Source: Proteromonas lacertae (taxonomy: Eukaryota). From it: 64,000 nucleotides of DNA. The position numbers were made by a program, and so were the translations under genes. Positions 34,108-49,600 of this stretch are shown piece after piece. The first letter of the stretch is position 1; the number at the start of each line of letters is the position of its first letter. The notes beneath the pieces were generated by a model. The model was not told the DNA's origin. It made no database searches and saw nothing but the letters and a program-made list of their open reading frames with translations. Where the stretch lies: contig NGBS01001177.1 in NCBI GenBank assembly GCA_002245135.1, positions 1 to 64,000 of the forward strand, read 5' to 3'.

Positions 34108-37100
34108 ATGAAAAACAAATCGAAACAAGGGGGAAAACATCAAGAAAAAGATGAAAAAGATGAAAGTGTGCAGAATAAAGTAGATGAAGCTGAAAGCAAT
34201 GTTGAAGAAGATGTATATACAACCTTTGTTATTATTATAGGCTGATAGCAGATGTGGGTGGATATTGATTAGTATTCTAACATTATTGCTAATTGTTTCT
34301 GTTATATACGCTTTATTTTGTCCAATTGGCTTATCAGCTGTTTCAGGAGAAGTAAAAGTGTCTGATATATTCATTCAAAAATTTGCTGATTTAAAAGAAA
34401 AACTGATGAATGTAACTAATTACTCTTCAAAAAAAATTGAAATGAATATAACAGAAAAAGAAGAAGATCTGTTATTAACAGTAAATGAAGCTATCCCAGT
34501 CAAAGAGATAGAAAAAGAAGAAGAAGAAAATGATGATGATGATTTATACCCATTTAAATCTAAAACTGCAGTTATAAAACCAGAGAATATATTAAATGAT
34601 AAATACAACGTGAAAGGGGAAGATAAAGAAAAAGTGAATGAAGAAAAAGAAAAAGTGAAAGAAAAAGAAGTAGAGGAAGTAAAAGAAAAGGAAGAAAAAT
34701 CTCTTAAAGTAAGAGATGAGAAAGAAATAATAATGTATGATGATGATACTATAGAGGAAGAAGTAGAAAAATCTAATTATATATTTGTAGATAATAACAA
34801 ATATAGAAATACGATATACAACCTAACTGTTCATTTAAGTACAGATAAACAATACTATCAACCTGGAGAGAATATATTTATTCGTGGAATATTCAATAAT
34901 GATTTTAACAACAGTATAAGTAAATATTATTATGATGATTATCTTTGTTTAACAATGGAAAGTTATTCAAACAATAAAGAAATATTCAAAATCTGTCCCA
35001 GAATCAATACATATGTACTACATTATATTTATCATATTCCAAGTATATATATATATAATTCATTATATAATTGATAAATAGGAAATATTACTTGTGGTGA
35101 ATTTGTAATAAAAGTGTTAAATATTCCAAATGTGAATCGAACAATTCATATTCAAGAATATAACATACCTCATTTTATTAGTGAAATCAAATTTGATAAA
35201 GAAGGTTATGGTGAAAATGATATGGTGAGTGGGATATTGAAAGTGAATGAAAGTGGAAATAATGAGAAAATAAAATTGAATGATGTTGAAATCAGTACAA
35301 TAATTGATGAAAAAGAAATTAGAGGAAATGGAACAATATCAGAAGGTGAAGTGAAATTCAATTTGCAATTACCAAATCATATAAAAGATAATAATGCCGT
35401 AATAAACATATTGATGTATTACAATCATTATAAAGAATCAATAATAAAAACAATTCCAATATTATCCTATGAATTAGATATTCGTGTTTATACAGAAAGT
35501 GGATCTAATTTGATAAATAATGTAAAAAATCGAATATATTTTGAATGTTATGAAAAGAATGGTAATCCTTGTGATTTCGAAGGGATAATAGTTGAAGTGA
35601 AGGATAAAGAAGTAAAAGAGATAATGAAAATCAAGACAATTCATGAAGGTCGAGGAAAGAGTGATTATTTTATTGCAGAAATTGATAAAGACTACGAAAT
35701 TAGAGTTACAAATCCATCAAGTGTAAGAACAATGATAAAACTACCTATAGTTGTAAATGGTATAACTCTTAGTTCAATTCAACCATGTTATGATAATAAA
35801 GGAGATGTAAAAATGTTAATCGAAGGAAGTGAGAAAAAAGGGAATTACTTAATTGGATTATATAAGAAGAGAGTGTTAATCGATATAATAAAAGTGAATT
35901 TAGAAGAAAATAAAAGTGTAACAATAAAATTCAATGAAAGTCGAATAGATTCCTTAGTAGGTATATTTCGAGTGACGTTATTTGATGAAGAGTATAATCC
36001 ATTGAATGAAAGATTAATATTTATCAAACCTTCTCATAAAATAGAAGTGTTAATTGAAAGTTCAAAGAAAGAGTATTCACCAAATCAAGAAGTAGAATTG
36101 AAAATCAAAACTATTGATTCAATAACACATAAACCAATACGAAGTGAAATTAGTGTGACTGTAACTGATGAAAGTGTATTAAATATAAATGAGAAAAGAT
36201 TACATGAACCATCATTACCTTCAATGATTTATTTAGAGAATGAAGTAAAACATTTAGAAGATAGTGAAGTGTATTTAAAAGAAAATAAAGAAAGTGGTGA
36301 ATATATAGATTTATTATTAGGAAGTCAAGGTTGGAGAAGATTCCTATTCAACTGTAGTAGATGTAATAAGAATGAATATAATAACAAATTGGTTTTAAAT
36401 CAATATCAAACTTATCATTATTGGAATGATTTCTCAATTAATGATCTTTTTTCAGTATCAAGTGGTAGTGTAGATATTAGATCAGGAAATGGCGTTACAA
36501 TGGGTGGTAATATAGATATAGAAATTAGAGCAAGTAGTAGTAGTTTTGATGGTTTTAGTGGTAGTAACAGTGATTCAAATGAAATTTCAGATAATAATAT
36601 TAGAAATGATGATATATTATTAAAGAGAATAGAAAAGATATTAGAAATAAAACTAGATAGTAGTATAAGAGTATATGCTAAAGCACCACCTTCACTATCA
36701 TCAACATCATCGTCATTGGATAATATTCGTAAAGATTTTAGCAATACAGTTTATTGGTCATCTAGTGAGAGTTGTTCAAAAGAAGGAAAGAATATAAAAT
36801 TCCATTCAAGTGATTCTTTAACAACTTATAGAGTAAAAGTTGATAGTTTTCAACTAAACAATAACATATTTGGTCATAGTGAGATGATATTTACTGTAAA
36901 TAAACAATTGAAAATTAATTACAATATTCCAAAAGAGATAAATGATAATGATGTAATAGGAATATCTGTGATAATCGAAAATAAAAAAATAAATGAAGAG
37001 ATGATCATGGAAGTAAAAGTATTTGGAGGAATAATAATAGAAAAGAATAATTTTCAATGGATTCAAAATGAAGAAAGTCATAAAGAGGTGATATTAGTAA

Positions 37101-38903
37101 AAGTATAATTATATTTATTTGTTATTATTGTAATAGGGAGTATATAATAAAGAATTAAATATTGCAGGAGATGATGATAAAAAAGAAAAAGAAGGAATGT
37201 TAAATACAATTAATGGCGGAATTCTAATAAAAGTGAGTAATGGAAAAGAGAATGATTCTATGTATAAAAGTATTCGAATAAGAGAGAAGGGTTATCCTCA
37301 TTCTTTATCCATATCAACCAGATATTCAGGAAATGATATACCAATTTCATTTTCATTAGGCAAAGGAAGTTATTTAGATACATTTAAAATGAAAATATCT
37401 ATTTATTCTACTTCTTTTACTAATAATTTAGATTCAATAAAATCTTTGATTAGAGAACCTTATGGATGTTTTGAACAAACTTCAAGTGTTGTATATCCAA
37501 TGATAATGGCAATGAAATATATGAAAATACATCAAATTTACAATAAAGAATTACATGAAGAAGGAATGAAATACTTGAAGAATGGATATAAAAGATTAAT
37601 AAACTATCAAACGAAAGAAGGTGGATTTGAATGGTTTGGTCATAGTCCAGCATCTACAACACTTACAGCATATGGTTTAATGGAATTTGAAGAATTAAAA
37701 GAATTCATAAATGTGAATAAAGAAATGTTGAATAGAGCTTATGATTGGCTAAAAAGTGGAATAAACAAAGAAAATGGTTATTTTCAAACTCAGAAAAAAC
37801 ATCAAATTTCTGTGAAAGGAAAAGAAGATTCTAGTGCTTATATCTATTGGTGTTTAAGTGAGAATAAAGAAATGTCTGATAATGTAAAATCTGGTTATTT
37901 AAAATTCAGTGAAAATGTAGTAATCACTAAGAGTAATAGTTATATAATGGGTTTAATTGGTTTAACATACTATAATCTTGGATTAATCGAAAAATCAAAA
38001 GAAATGAGTATGAAATTACGAAGTATGTTTAAAGAAGGTCATATAATAGATGAAAATGAGATTGAAACAATAACATGGTCTTATGGAAAGAATAAAATAA
38101 TCGAAAGTAGTTGTTTAGGTTTATTGTTATTCTTAAGACTAAACGAGAATATAGATATTTTAAATGAAGGAATCGAATGGTTAAACAAACAAAATGTGAA
38201 TGGTTTATATGGTTCAACTCAATCAACAATCTTGAGTTTAAAAGTATTAAATGAATATGAGGAAAGAAGACTATTATTGAAAAACGTTATTAGTGATGAG
38301 TTAGAAATTGAATGTTATTTGAATGAAGAAAAGATATGTTCTGAATCATTAATGAATCTATCTGATCATTCTTCATTAAATCTGAATGATTATTCTACAA
38401 TAATAAAACATGATAAAAATTCCTTGATAATAAAAGGCAATACAGTGTTTAATACATCATTTCCAATCTCTATATTCTTAAAATTCAATACTGACAATCC
38501 AAGCAATAGTGAAAATAATCGAGTTATGATGGAATATAATTTGAACAAAAATGAAGTACAACAAGGTGAAGAAGTTGATATAAGAATAAGAATAAAGAAT
38601 AAAGTTGAAGAAGGAATTGGAATGGTGGTAAGTGTGATAGGAATACCTGGAGGTTTAAAAATTCGATTTAAAGAATTGGATGAGATGATAAATAGAGAAG
38701 TAATTTCATCTTATGAGATGAGAGGAAGTGAATTATTGTTATATTGGAGAAATTTAAGTCCAAATGAAGAAAAAGAGTTTGTAATTCACAGTGTTGGTGA
38801 AATAGCTGGTAATTATCATGGCAGTGTGAGTTATGTATATGAATATTACAACAACGAAGTGAAAAGTTGGTTAACTCCATTACATATCTTAATTATGCCT
38901 TAA
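34108..38903 (+). CDS. Alpha-2-macroglobulin/thioester-containing protein with N-terminal membrane anchor (3 introns)
   Basis: STDKQYYQPGE, RKDFSNTVYW, SDSLTTYRV, thioester EPYGCFEQTSS, GGFEWFG, LTAYGLMEF, STQSTILSL. Spliced N-terminus is a charged tail then TM GWILISILTLLLIVSVIYALF. Confidence 0.9.
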
Positions 38904-38981
38904 AGAGATTAATTATCACTTCTCTCATGAAAATTGTTTAGTTTTTTTTTAAACACTTCAAAAACAAAAAAAAAAGTAAAA

Positions 38982-41900
38982 TCAAATTAAAATATCAAAG
39001 CAATGATCAATTCCACTATATAATAAATAACACTGACTTTTACTATCAACATTCTTTCTAATCTTTAATAACCAATCACAACTTTCTTCATGTTCTTTTT
39101 CTATCAATTCATACTTTTCTTCATTCCATAAACCACTTATTCTATGAACCATATCATATTTCCAAGGCATTATCAAAATTGTAATATCGCCTTTTATATA
39201 CATCAGTTTATTTTTCACATTTTTTTCTATTCTATTTGCTACCATTTTTGTTAGAGATTTATATTTTGGTGAACATTTATATTCAATATAATTATTTGCT
39301 TTATCTAGTTTAAATGATTTATTATTCATTAATTTCTTAGATTCTACATTATTTTCATCAATTAAATCACTAGAATTGTTTATATTCTCTTCAAAGAATG
39401 TTAATAGTTTATCTAATGTCATATTCTGTTCAACTTTGTTTGCATTGATTGTATGTAGTGTATACTATATAAACATTATTTAAATAAATAAATAAATAAA
39501 TATATTATATTCAATACATTGGATTTATATAACTCATCAACTGGTTCAACTATTATTAAATAATCAATTTTTGATTTTTCACATATATAAAATAATGTTC
39601 TTAATTCGTGTTGAGAATATGTATAAGCACACTAATATTATTGCATATATATTATTATATACTCTTATTTTTTTCTTCCATAATTTGATCACTAATCCAT
39701 TCAGAGACAAACATAATTTTGAATTGATTGGAGAAGCACATGTTATTAATGCTGTTAATGATGGATAAGTTTCCTATATAATAACAATCATTATAAAAAT
39801 ATATATACAAAATCATCTGAATTCAATGATTCATTACAAATTCTATCATTTATTATTGTATATAATGGAATTCTAAGTCCCATACTGTATGTGTTTGTTT
39901 CAGTTAATCGATCTGTTGGCATTTTGAATGAATTTAATGTATTTGTTGTTTCACCGCCCTATTTCATATTATTATTATTATTATCATTTAATAATTATAC
40001 TTCAATATAAGTAAGTGTTTGTACTGTCATTTTCCCATCAAAATTCTATAAGTAAAATATATTAAATTGATAAAAATACAACAGTTTTTATGACTTGGTA
40101 ATAAAACCCAGATGTATAAACTGATCTATTTGGCTTTATCCATATATTCACATTCATTTGTTCTTTTTTAAATCCATTCTCAACCAAAAAGAGTAGGAAA
40201 TCATTTAAATTGTCAATTAAAGCTATTAATTTCTCAAATACTAATTTCAATTTTGCAGAAATATGTCTTCCATTTAATACAATTTTTAATTGCTATTGAA
40301 ATAATAATAAACTAATCATAATTATACATTTAAAATATAAAATGGATCTTTATTTATTATAATCAATGTAGATAATATTTCTCTAGATTTTGGTGGTATT
40401 AGCGAAGATTTGCAGATTATATCAATATCTCTTCTTGTTACATTCGATCTGAGTGTTAATAATGTTGTTTCTTCATTCAAATAACATAATATATCATCTT
40501 CTTTTTCTGGAGGTAATGCACAAATTTGATATAAATATTTCATTATCTAAATGTTAAAATATAGTGAAATAGATATTTATATATACATCAATATGTGAAA
40601 ATCTAAATAAGAATCTGTTTTTCATATTCAATATTTTAGTCATAAATATCATTGACGTATGTAGTAAATCGACAAATGTACTATATGTTACATATTCACT
40701 ATTTCTATTCATTTATATATTAATAAAAAACATACTGTTTAACTGAATTTTCATAGATAATATCATAATTACATTCTGCAACTTGTTCAGGATGAACTAC
40801 ATCACTTCTTTTAATATAAACATTTGAAATTGCATATCTCTTTAAATTATTCACTTTTCTTCTACAGACATATCTCAAAAATGGTGTAGTTAATTCATAG
40901 GGTAAATAAACAGGAATTCCACTCTTATTCAGTAGTTCTTCATAAGGATATTCATTGATTAATGTGTCATTAGTGATAGGGGTAAGAATTGGAGCGTTAT
41001 AAGCTACAGCTCCTCTGATAAGGAATATTTCTTCTAATTTTGTACTTATTTCAGTTAATTCAGAATACTATTTAAGTATAATTATATATATATATACATA
41101 ATGAATAATATAAATTGGATTTTTATCATTTGTAATTTTCTTTGATTGAACATTGTAGCTAAAATCTTTTTGAATTGGCGCATACTAACAGTATATATTA
41201 TTATATAAATATGTATATACATTTGATTGTAGTTTCTCCATCAAATCATTGAAGAATAAACTCTAAATATATTAATAAAAAGTATAAAGAAATACAGTTG
41301 GATCTGTAACAGTGTTAATTGTTTCTTTTAAATTAATAATATTTGCAGATCCCATCGCTGTTTGAATTCTTTTAGGAATATAATCAGAACTTAGTAATTC
41401 TAAAGCAGAAGGTCTTTTTTTAGGATCTTTATCCAACAACTTTACTATCAATGACTGAATTTCTAATGGAATTCCCATAGAAACAGGAAATTCCTTTGTA
41501 TTCTTAATCTTTGTTAAATTAAATATTCTTTCTGATTGAGTTGATGTTGGTTTACTAAACATTTCACATAATATTACACCTAAACTATACATATCACTCT
41601 AATAAATAATAAATAATAATAAATATTTATATATTTATATACTCTATCTGTTGTATTATTTCCTGAAGCTGTTTGTTCTGGCGCTCTATACATCGGAGTT
41701 CCTAATCCATCTTCATCATTTTTCTTCGTTTCTTTATGGCTATTATTCTGAAATTGCTGTTCAAGTGCTAAACCAAAATCACCAATTTTTACATTCAAAT
41801 CACTATCTAAGAAGATATTGGCTGGCTTTAAATCTCTATGTGTAACATGTTTACTATGAATATATTCTAAACCTAAGAGTATTTGATAGAATAAGGTCCA

Positions 41901-42279
41901 AGCTAAATCAACATTTACATATATATTCTATTATTATTATTATTAATACAACTATAATGATATATAATATTATACATCTTTAATAACGTCTGATAATGTT
42001 TTTCCATCACATAGTTCCATTTGTAAGTATAATATTTCATTTACTTTGGGTGTATCAGATGATAATCTTTCTTCATCTTGCTATAGAGATAATAATAATA
42101 ATATTATTGTTAATAATAAATACATAAACTGGTTCTGATGTAGAATAACAATCACAACTGCTGCTACAATCATTTCTTATGAATAAATGGCTTATATGTG
42201 TAGTTTCAGTTCTGTCAAATAGACTGTCTTTTTCTTTCATTTTATTACTATCTTCTTCATCTTCTTCATCTTCTCCTGA

Positions 42280-42322
<43 letters not shown>

Positions 42323-43478
42323 CTACTACTACTTTCACTATTATATGACTTTCTTTTGTAATTAATCAATTGAAATGTAGTTGCTGATGAACTATCCGTT
42401 TTACTGATTAATATATCATCACTATTATCTGAATTTACAACTGTTTTATATTGTTCATATTCCTTCCAAGCTGTATAATACCTTACAATATGCTTATGTG
42501 ATAATCGAGCTAAAGTAGTTACTTCTTGAAGATCTGAATTGCTTTGAATAGATACTCTTTTTATCTATTTCAAATATATAAATATAAATAATTATAAAAT
42601 ATAATATATATATATATACAGCATAATATGTATTATCTATCTTTCTTCTCGCTTTCATCACCTTTCCAAAACTACCTTCAGCTAAATCAGTAACATTATC
42701 AAAATCATTAATAAATCTACTTGTTGAATTACTATTTATCTCTTCTATATTTATATTGTTATCATTGTCATTATTTATTACACCTTTTGAACGAGTTGCA
42801 AAGTTAATGGATTCATTCATACTATTTACTATTTATATATAATAAAACAAAAAAAATGAATAAAATATATAAAATGGTTTTATACATGAATATTCAGCTA
42901 AATGATATTCTAATTCTTTTTGTACTCTTGCACATTCTTCTTTTATCAATTTAGCTTTCATTTGTGCTTCTTTTATTTCTGTTGTGTTTAATATTTCTTT
43001 CTTTTCTTTTTCTTTTACACTTATCTCTTTCATTTTGATATTCTTTTGCTGTTCTAATGACAGCTTTTTCTTTGCATAATCGTTTAATATTACTTGGCAT
43101 TCTGATATTAAATCGAAAACAAACTCTCTTTCTAATTTACACAATTCTTGACTTTTCGATCTAAGGGTAAGAATCATTGATAAAATCTCATTTTGTTCAA
43201 AGCCTTTGGATGATGGTATCGATATTTCTGGACTATTAATTAAACAGATAGGAATATAATAAATACGGTGTTGAAGGATATTTCTTTGTGTAGGTAAATT
43301 TAACTGTCAGTGATAGTGGTGATTGTAAAGTTTGCATACTTTCCATATTTGGTATTAAGTATATTTTAAATGATGGTAATTCACCTGTTTGAGTAGTATT
43401 TGTGAATTCATCACAATAAATATCAGATATGTTCTCCATCTCGATTCTAATTATTTCACTAGTCTCTTTATCACCCAT
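38982..43478 (-). CDS. GCN2: GCN2-like eIF2-alpha kinase (RWD, kinase, HisRS-like), many introns
   Basis: [20 protein letters not shown]...[34 protein letters not shown]; HisRS-like [12 protein letters not shown]...KRYAISNV. Confidence 0.88.
42281..42322. repeat. (TCA)n microsatellite encoding poly-Asp in the GCN2 kinase insert
   Basis: About 14 tandem TCA units. Confidence 0.9.
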
Positions 43479-43676
43479 GATGAATTAAATTAGCAAGATA
43501 AGTGATAAATTTCAAGATTTTAAATATTGTAATCAAGCTAGGAATCAAGCCTAGATTAAATAATTACATAACTATTGTTAACAAACACCAAAATGACTAT
43601 TTAATTATGATTTATTGATAAAAAATTGTATAAAATAAAACATTTTTAATAAAAGAATATTAACTATTTCGATGTT

Positions 43677-46600
43677 TTACTTACCACCTGTTTCTAGCAT
43701 ACCTACACCCCATACACTACTACAATACTTCACTCTATTCTTACATATACCACAATCTTCACCTTCAAAGTCCATAACTGCTCCTTTCTTGGATTTCATA
43801 GATTTAGCATTCTTTGGACTCTTAGAATTTTTAGGACTTTTACTTTCCTTTGGACTTTTCGCTTCATTGGCATTTCCTTCTTCAGGAATAGGTAATGGCT
43901 TATCCATCTCATTTCTAGCGATATGAACAGCATTGGTTAGATCATTACCTGCTTTCCAATTATTATAAATACCATTCATCAAATACTTAGCATTTCTATA
44001 TGATGTTTCCCACTGATTCACATATATTGTCGTAACTCCATTCAAAGTCAACAAAATGACTGTATTTTCAATATTCTCATTGGTCATCAGCTCCAAAGTC
44101 TTCATATTCTTCTCTTTACTATACCTTCTACTACTCAATTCATTATTGAAATTATCACATAAGAACACACTATTTCCTATATTGTTATGTATTCCACATA
44201 ATACATCACTACCAATATAACTAATCCATTTACCAGGTCCATAGAAACCAAATAATTGAGTCATTCCTGGCTGTGGAACAACTGTTAATAATCCAATATA
44301 CTCTTCATTACTAGCTATTCTCATTGTACCAGTAATTGAATTAATTTTACTACCACTTACTGTAGCATTGAGAGTGTTAAAAGAGTCAATTAAACCTGTG
44401 ATTGGTTTAGGATTAACATCAGAAACTTCAACTGATGGGAATTCAGTGTAAGGATCTACTACATAATTCATAGATTCGTAAGGGATAGTTAAAGATTGAT
44501 CTTCTTTAATTTTCATACGATTATAGAAGATAGATAATGAGAAATCTCTATTTAAAGGATGAGTAGATAATACAGGAAGTGATTCAAATGGTAATATTGA
44601 GAGATATGGATCAATAAATAGTAGAATTGGTGTAGCTGCAAAATCTTCATCATTATTTTCGAATTTCAATACTTTTGCGATTAAATCATCCCAGAGATGT
44701 GTCATTATTGACATTATTTTAATGAATTTCTCTTCAGATTCGTCTGGAACTTCACAATCTTTGAAATCTGTTCGATTATTATCAATTCCTGGAATCATTG
44801 AATATTGTAATAATTCTTTAGGTAAATTGGAAACAAAGTCTTCCATATCTAATCGTAACTGTTTAATTGTCTTTTGATCTTCTTCTTTTAATAATTGTCT
44901 CTTTACATTAATCACTTTTTCACCTTCATCATTATCTTTAAAAGATACGATATAAATATTCTGTTTTTCTTCATCATAGTGTATAAATAGTGGTAAATAT
45001 TCTACAGGTATTATTTCATACATTTCATTGATATTACTATGAATATTACACATTTGCCAAGCTGTTGAATTATTTTCTAAAAATTTGATCGTTTCATAAT
45101 AACGGATATAATTTTTGGGATGTTGATAAGATGATCTATACTCCAAATACTGTTTAATTAACCTGCATTCTCTATTATGAATATTACTACATTCAATAAA
45201 CTTCTCTAATAAATAATTTCTCACTTTACAACTCTGATTATAAATCAGACATTCTAAGAACAAGCTTTTACTCAAATATCCACTCATTTCATATATATCT
45301 TGTGAAGATTTCTCCAATATTTCATAATTTCTCTCTTTTCTTGATTTATCATATATTTCCAGTAATCTAGTGATTAATCTACCAACAGGTTTACTTCTAT
45401 CAGAATACTCCATTGGTATAACATGTACTGGTTCATCAGGTATATCATCCTTCTTTTTACCTTTAGCATTCTTTCCTGCTGCTGCTTTATTTGGCTTTTT
45501 CACTGGAGATTTTGATTTTCCTTTTTTAGTGTCATTTGGTTTGGCTTTACTAGGAGTTTTAGATCTTCTTCCATTTTTTCCATTATCTTTTACATCTTCT
45601 ACTGGTTCTTCTGGTGGTAATATAACTTCAGGCTCTTTCCAAGTTTGACCAAATACTTCATTACCTTCATTTAATAACAATAATAATCTCTTACATCTTA
45701 ATAAATCTATTTCACTTAATTCATTGTAAATTGGTATTGAATGTGATAATAAATGAATGGAACTGAATATATTGAGAGTCTTTTCAACAATGTTAGGTGA
45801 AAAATCCTCAGGTTTTCTGTTATTAATATCTAAATCGTAGAACCACTGTTCAACCACTGTTTTAGATGGTGGAATTGGCATTATATTTAACATCTCCATT
45901 TCCTTTTGATGAGTTTTAATCTTTAATTCATCATTTTGATGTAAGTAATAATTACCAATTAAATATTGTATTATTATATAATAGAATAAATAAGGTGAAG
46001 TTGCAACTGTATTACTACTATCTTTAGCATTAGGTAATTCATGATTTAATAAACTCTTTAAATTAGTAATTTGGTCATAAACCATATTCATCTGTTGACT
46101 TAAATATGTTTTTGTTTTATCTACCAATTCGTCAGATAATCTTTCATGATGAATAAACCATTGTAATGTTAATATTTGCTTAATTATTAGTGGAATAAAT
46201 TCAGGGTGTGAGTGGATTTGTATAATATATAATTTACAGTCTTCCATATATTGCATTGCATTCAAATACATTTCATCATAATCTTTATTCGTTAAAAACA
46301 TATTGTATGTTATTTTCAATAGATTTATAGCTAAATATGTCTTTAAATAAAACAATGCTTTCATTGATTCTATATGTATAAAAGATGAATGATATTCTGG
46401 ATCACTAATTATATTATCAAACTTTTGGATTTCAGGTTTTATTTTCTTATACATTTCAATACCTTTTCCAGCTTCAGTTGCTATTGTGAATACCAATGAT
46501 AGTATTTGTGCTAATAAATAAATATCATTTGAACTATATCTTTGACAATATTCCATTGCTCTATTATATTCACCTTCTTCATAATATATAGAAGCTAATA

Positions 46601-49600
46601 AATAATTGCATTTAATTTCATATATTTTATCATTTCTTAATTGACATAGTTTCAAACATTCACTTATTATAGTGTTAGTATATCGATTCTCATGTAATCT
46701 ATAAGCTATTTCTCCAATATCTACATATAATCGATATATCTCATATCCAGTATGCATTGGTACAGTTGGAATAGGTTTATTATCAAATCCAGTGATTATT
46801 TCATTACTATATTCTATTTTATTATATAATTCATTTTCTCTTATCATTATTTCATATAGATTCTCAGTGGGTAGTAGTTTTTCACATTTTTGGCATATAT
46901 TCTTGTGACTGTTGATCTAATCCAATTAAATTATACACTTGTGCATATTGTATATGTAACAATGATGTGTAAATGTCAGGTTTTTCATTTTCTAATACTT
47001 TTGTGATTATATATTCTTCTAATTTCAATATTGGGAATGTATAGTAGGGTAATGACATTTCAATAAATCCATTGTATAAGGATGATAAGTAATAGATTGA
47101 TTGTTTAGGGTTTGAGTAGGCTTGAGGTGTAAATGAAATTGGTTTGACATCATCAGGTAAATTTCCACTATCTTCTAATATTTTTCCACTAATTTCATAA
47201 TACTGGTAATCTGCAGCATTTGCAGGAGGTAAACCATAAGGTAAAGGTTGTAATAATCTCCAATTTTCAAATGTAATTTTCAACTTTTCTTTATCTGGCA
47301 TTGCATCATATGTTGGTTTTAATACATTATAATTCAACGTTTCATAAACAGCTTGATATGATTTCATTACATACAATAAAGCAGTCATATAATTATCAAA
47401 TCTATTGTCAGTGGTGGTTGATACATAACCTAAATAATAATAAACAAATATCATCATTTCATAATGATTCAAACTCAATCTTTTTGGAACATCTTTCATT
47501 TTGCCATCATCTTTATTTTCATGTTCAGCTGAAATATAGGAAGATGCACTATCTTTATAACTTCCACTAATACTACTTTTATTATTGCTTCTTGCTGTTA
47601 ATTTCAATGAATTGGCTGCTAAACTTGTTCTACTCATTCTACTAGTTCTAGAAACTCGAGATGTTCGAGATACTCTAGACATTCTACTAGATCTTGATCT
47701 TTTACTACCTTTCGATGATTTACTATTGGTACTTTTATTATCATCCATATTTTCATCATCTTCTGGTGGTAGTGGATATTCTACTGTTAATAATAAGTTG
47801 ATAATTGAATTGAACTGTGATATTACATCTCTTACTGGGAATTGATTGTTGATCATCCATTGAGAGAAGTCGAGCATGATGTAGATTTGATTGAAACTTC
47901 TACTCATCAGTTGAATGGCTTTGTAATAGGTAGTGAGTTGATTTGTTAGACCTTTGGCTGAGACTGATAGATTGCTCCACATCTATATATAATAATAATA
48001 ATATTAAAGATATATATACAGTTGCCATTGTCATTGTATCTAAATCAGACATTGTTGTCATTTCTACACTCACATCTTTACCAATTTCATTCAATATCTT
48101 TATCTTTAATTTCCATAATGGTTTTTGATCATGCTATATAATATAATAATAATAATAATAATATTTAATATATATATATATACAACATCAAGAACTTGGA
48201 ATGAACTTTGAATATTTTTAATACCTTCATCATACAATTTATTATCATATAAACTCTGAATATAAGAAGTATAGAAATTCTTAAATAATTCTTTAAATTC
48301 ATCATTACTAGGACTATTTCTCAATGTATTGATAATCCTTTCACAATAAGGATATAATATCATTCTTGTAGTAACAGAATTAATCATTGGAACAATTGAA
48401 TTCCATAGTTTCTTTGCTGGATTAACAATCAACTCAATATCATTAGTTTTAGATCCAAAATAAGCGGAGTTACAGTAATGATCCATAGTTGCTTTTTTAT
48501 AAGTATTTATATCTTCAACACTTTGGTTGTTCATATCAATATGATCTTCGATTGATTGTCCCCATATCATTTCACTTAATGCTAAATAGTGATAATATTC
48601 TACATTATAACTATCACATATATCTTCATCAAATCTTTCTTTATTTAATTTACATAAATATTGACATTTTCTATGTAGATTATGTTTGAACGAATAATAA
48701 GCTAATTTCATTTTACAATATAAATATAATGTCTCCATTTCCAATAATTCTGTGTCTTTTATTGTTTTAGCAGATGCTGTACGTTGTATATCCCAATCTG
48801 CAATTGATTCATCAATTGTTTTTTCACATTCTTTAATCATATTCATTTTTTCAACATCTGTTACTTCTTCTAGTGATAATGAACTGATTAACAACATTAT
48901 CTTTTCTACACCTTCTGTACCATTTGCTACATCTTTTTTAGCTGTTTTGATCAATGCATGGGCTTTTACTGGATATATATCTTTCAATTGTAATGGTGTT
49001 CCAATGGTGTTTATTTTGGTAATTAAATTAACACAATCATTGAACAAGCCTTTCTTTTCTTTTATCTTTAATAACACCCAGTATAAGTTTAATAATAGTG
49101 AATTATCTTCAGATTGAACTTCTTCTAAGATTTGAATCATATTTGTAATTCCTTCAGATAAAGAATCTGAACATTTATCAAACTGATTTGATTGGAAATA
49201 TGGCAAATGGTAGTTCCAAAAATAAATGGCACTATTTTCACACAACCAAGCTTCTTTCAAGCTTTGTGCTAATTTCATTGTTTTTATGATATTGGTGATT
49301 ATATTGTTATTTATATCGACTAATTCTTTAGGAGTATTTTCATCAACATACCCAATCAGATTAAAGGGTGATTCAGTTATATTTTGATTTTGACATAATT
49401 CTTTACCTTCTTTCACTAAACATTCTATTAATATTAACAATATATCACATTGAAGTAATATTATGTTTTTATATTTGTAAATATTCCACTCATTCTCTAA
49501 TACTTTGTTACAACATTTCTTGGTGAATTCTAAATGTCTTATACTCCATGCCAATTGTGCGATATCTCCATACAGTGTGATTCTGTATTCTTCCATATCC

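Noticed and set aside
47625..47700. 9-nt periodic repeat in CFAP46 (SRM/SRV/SRT)
   Set aside because: Ordinary coding low-complexity expansion.
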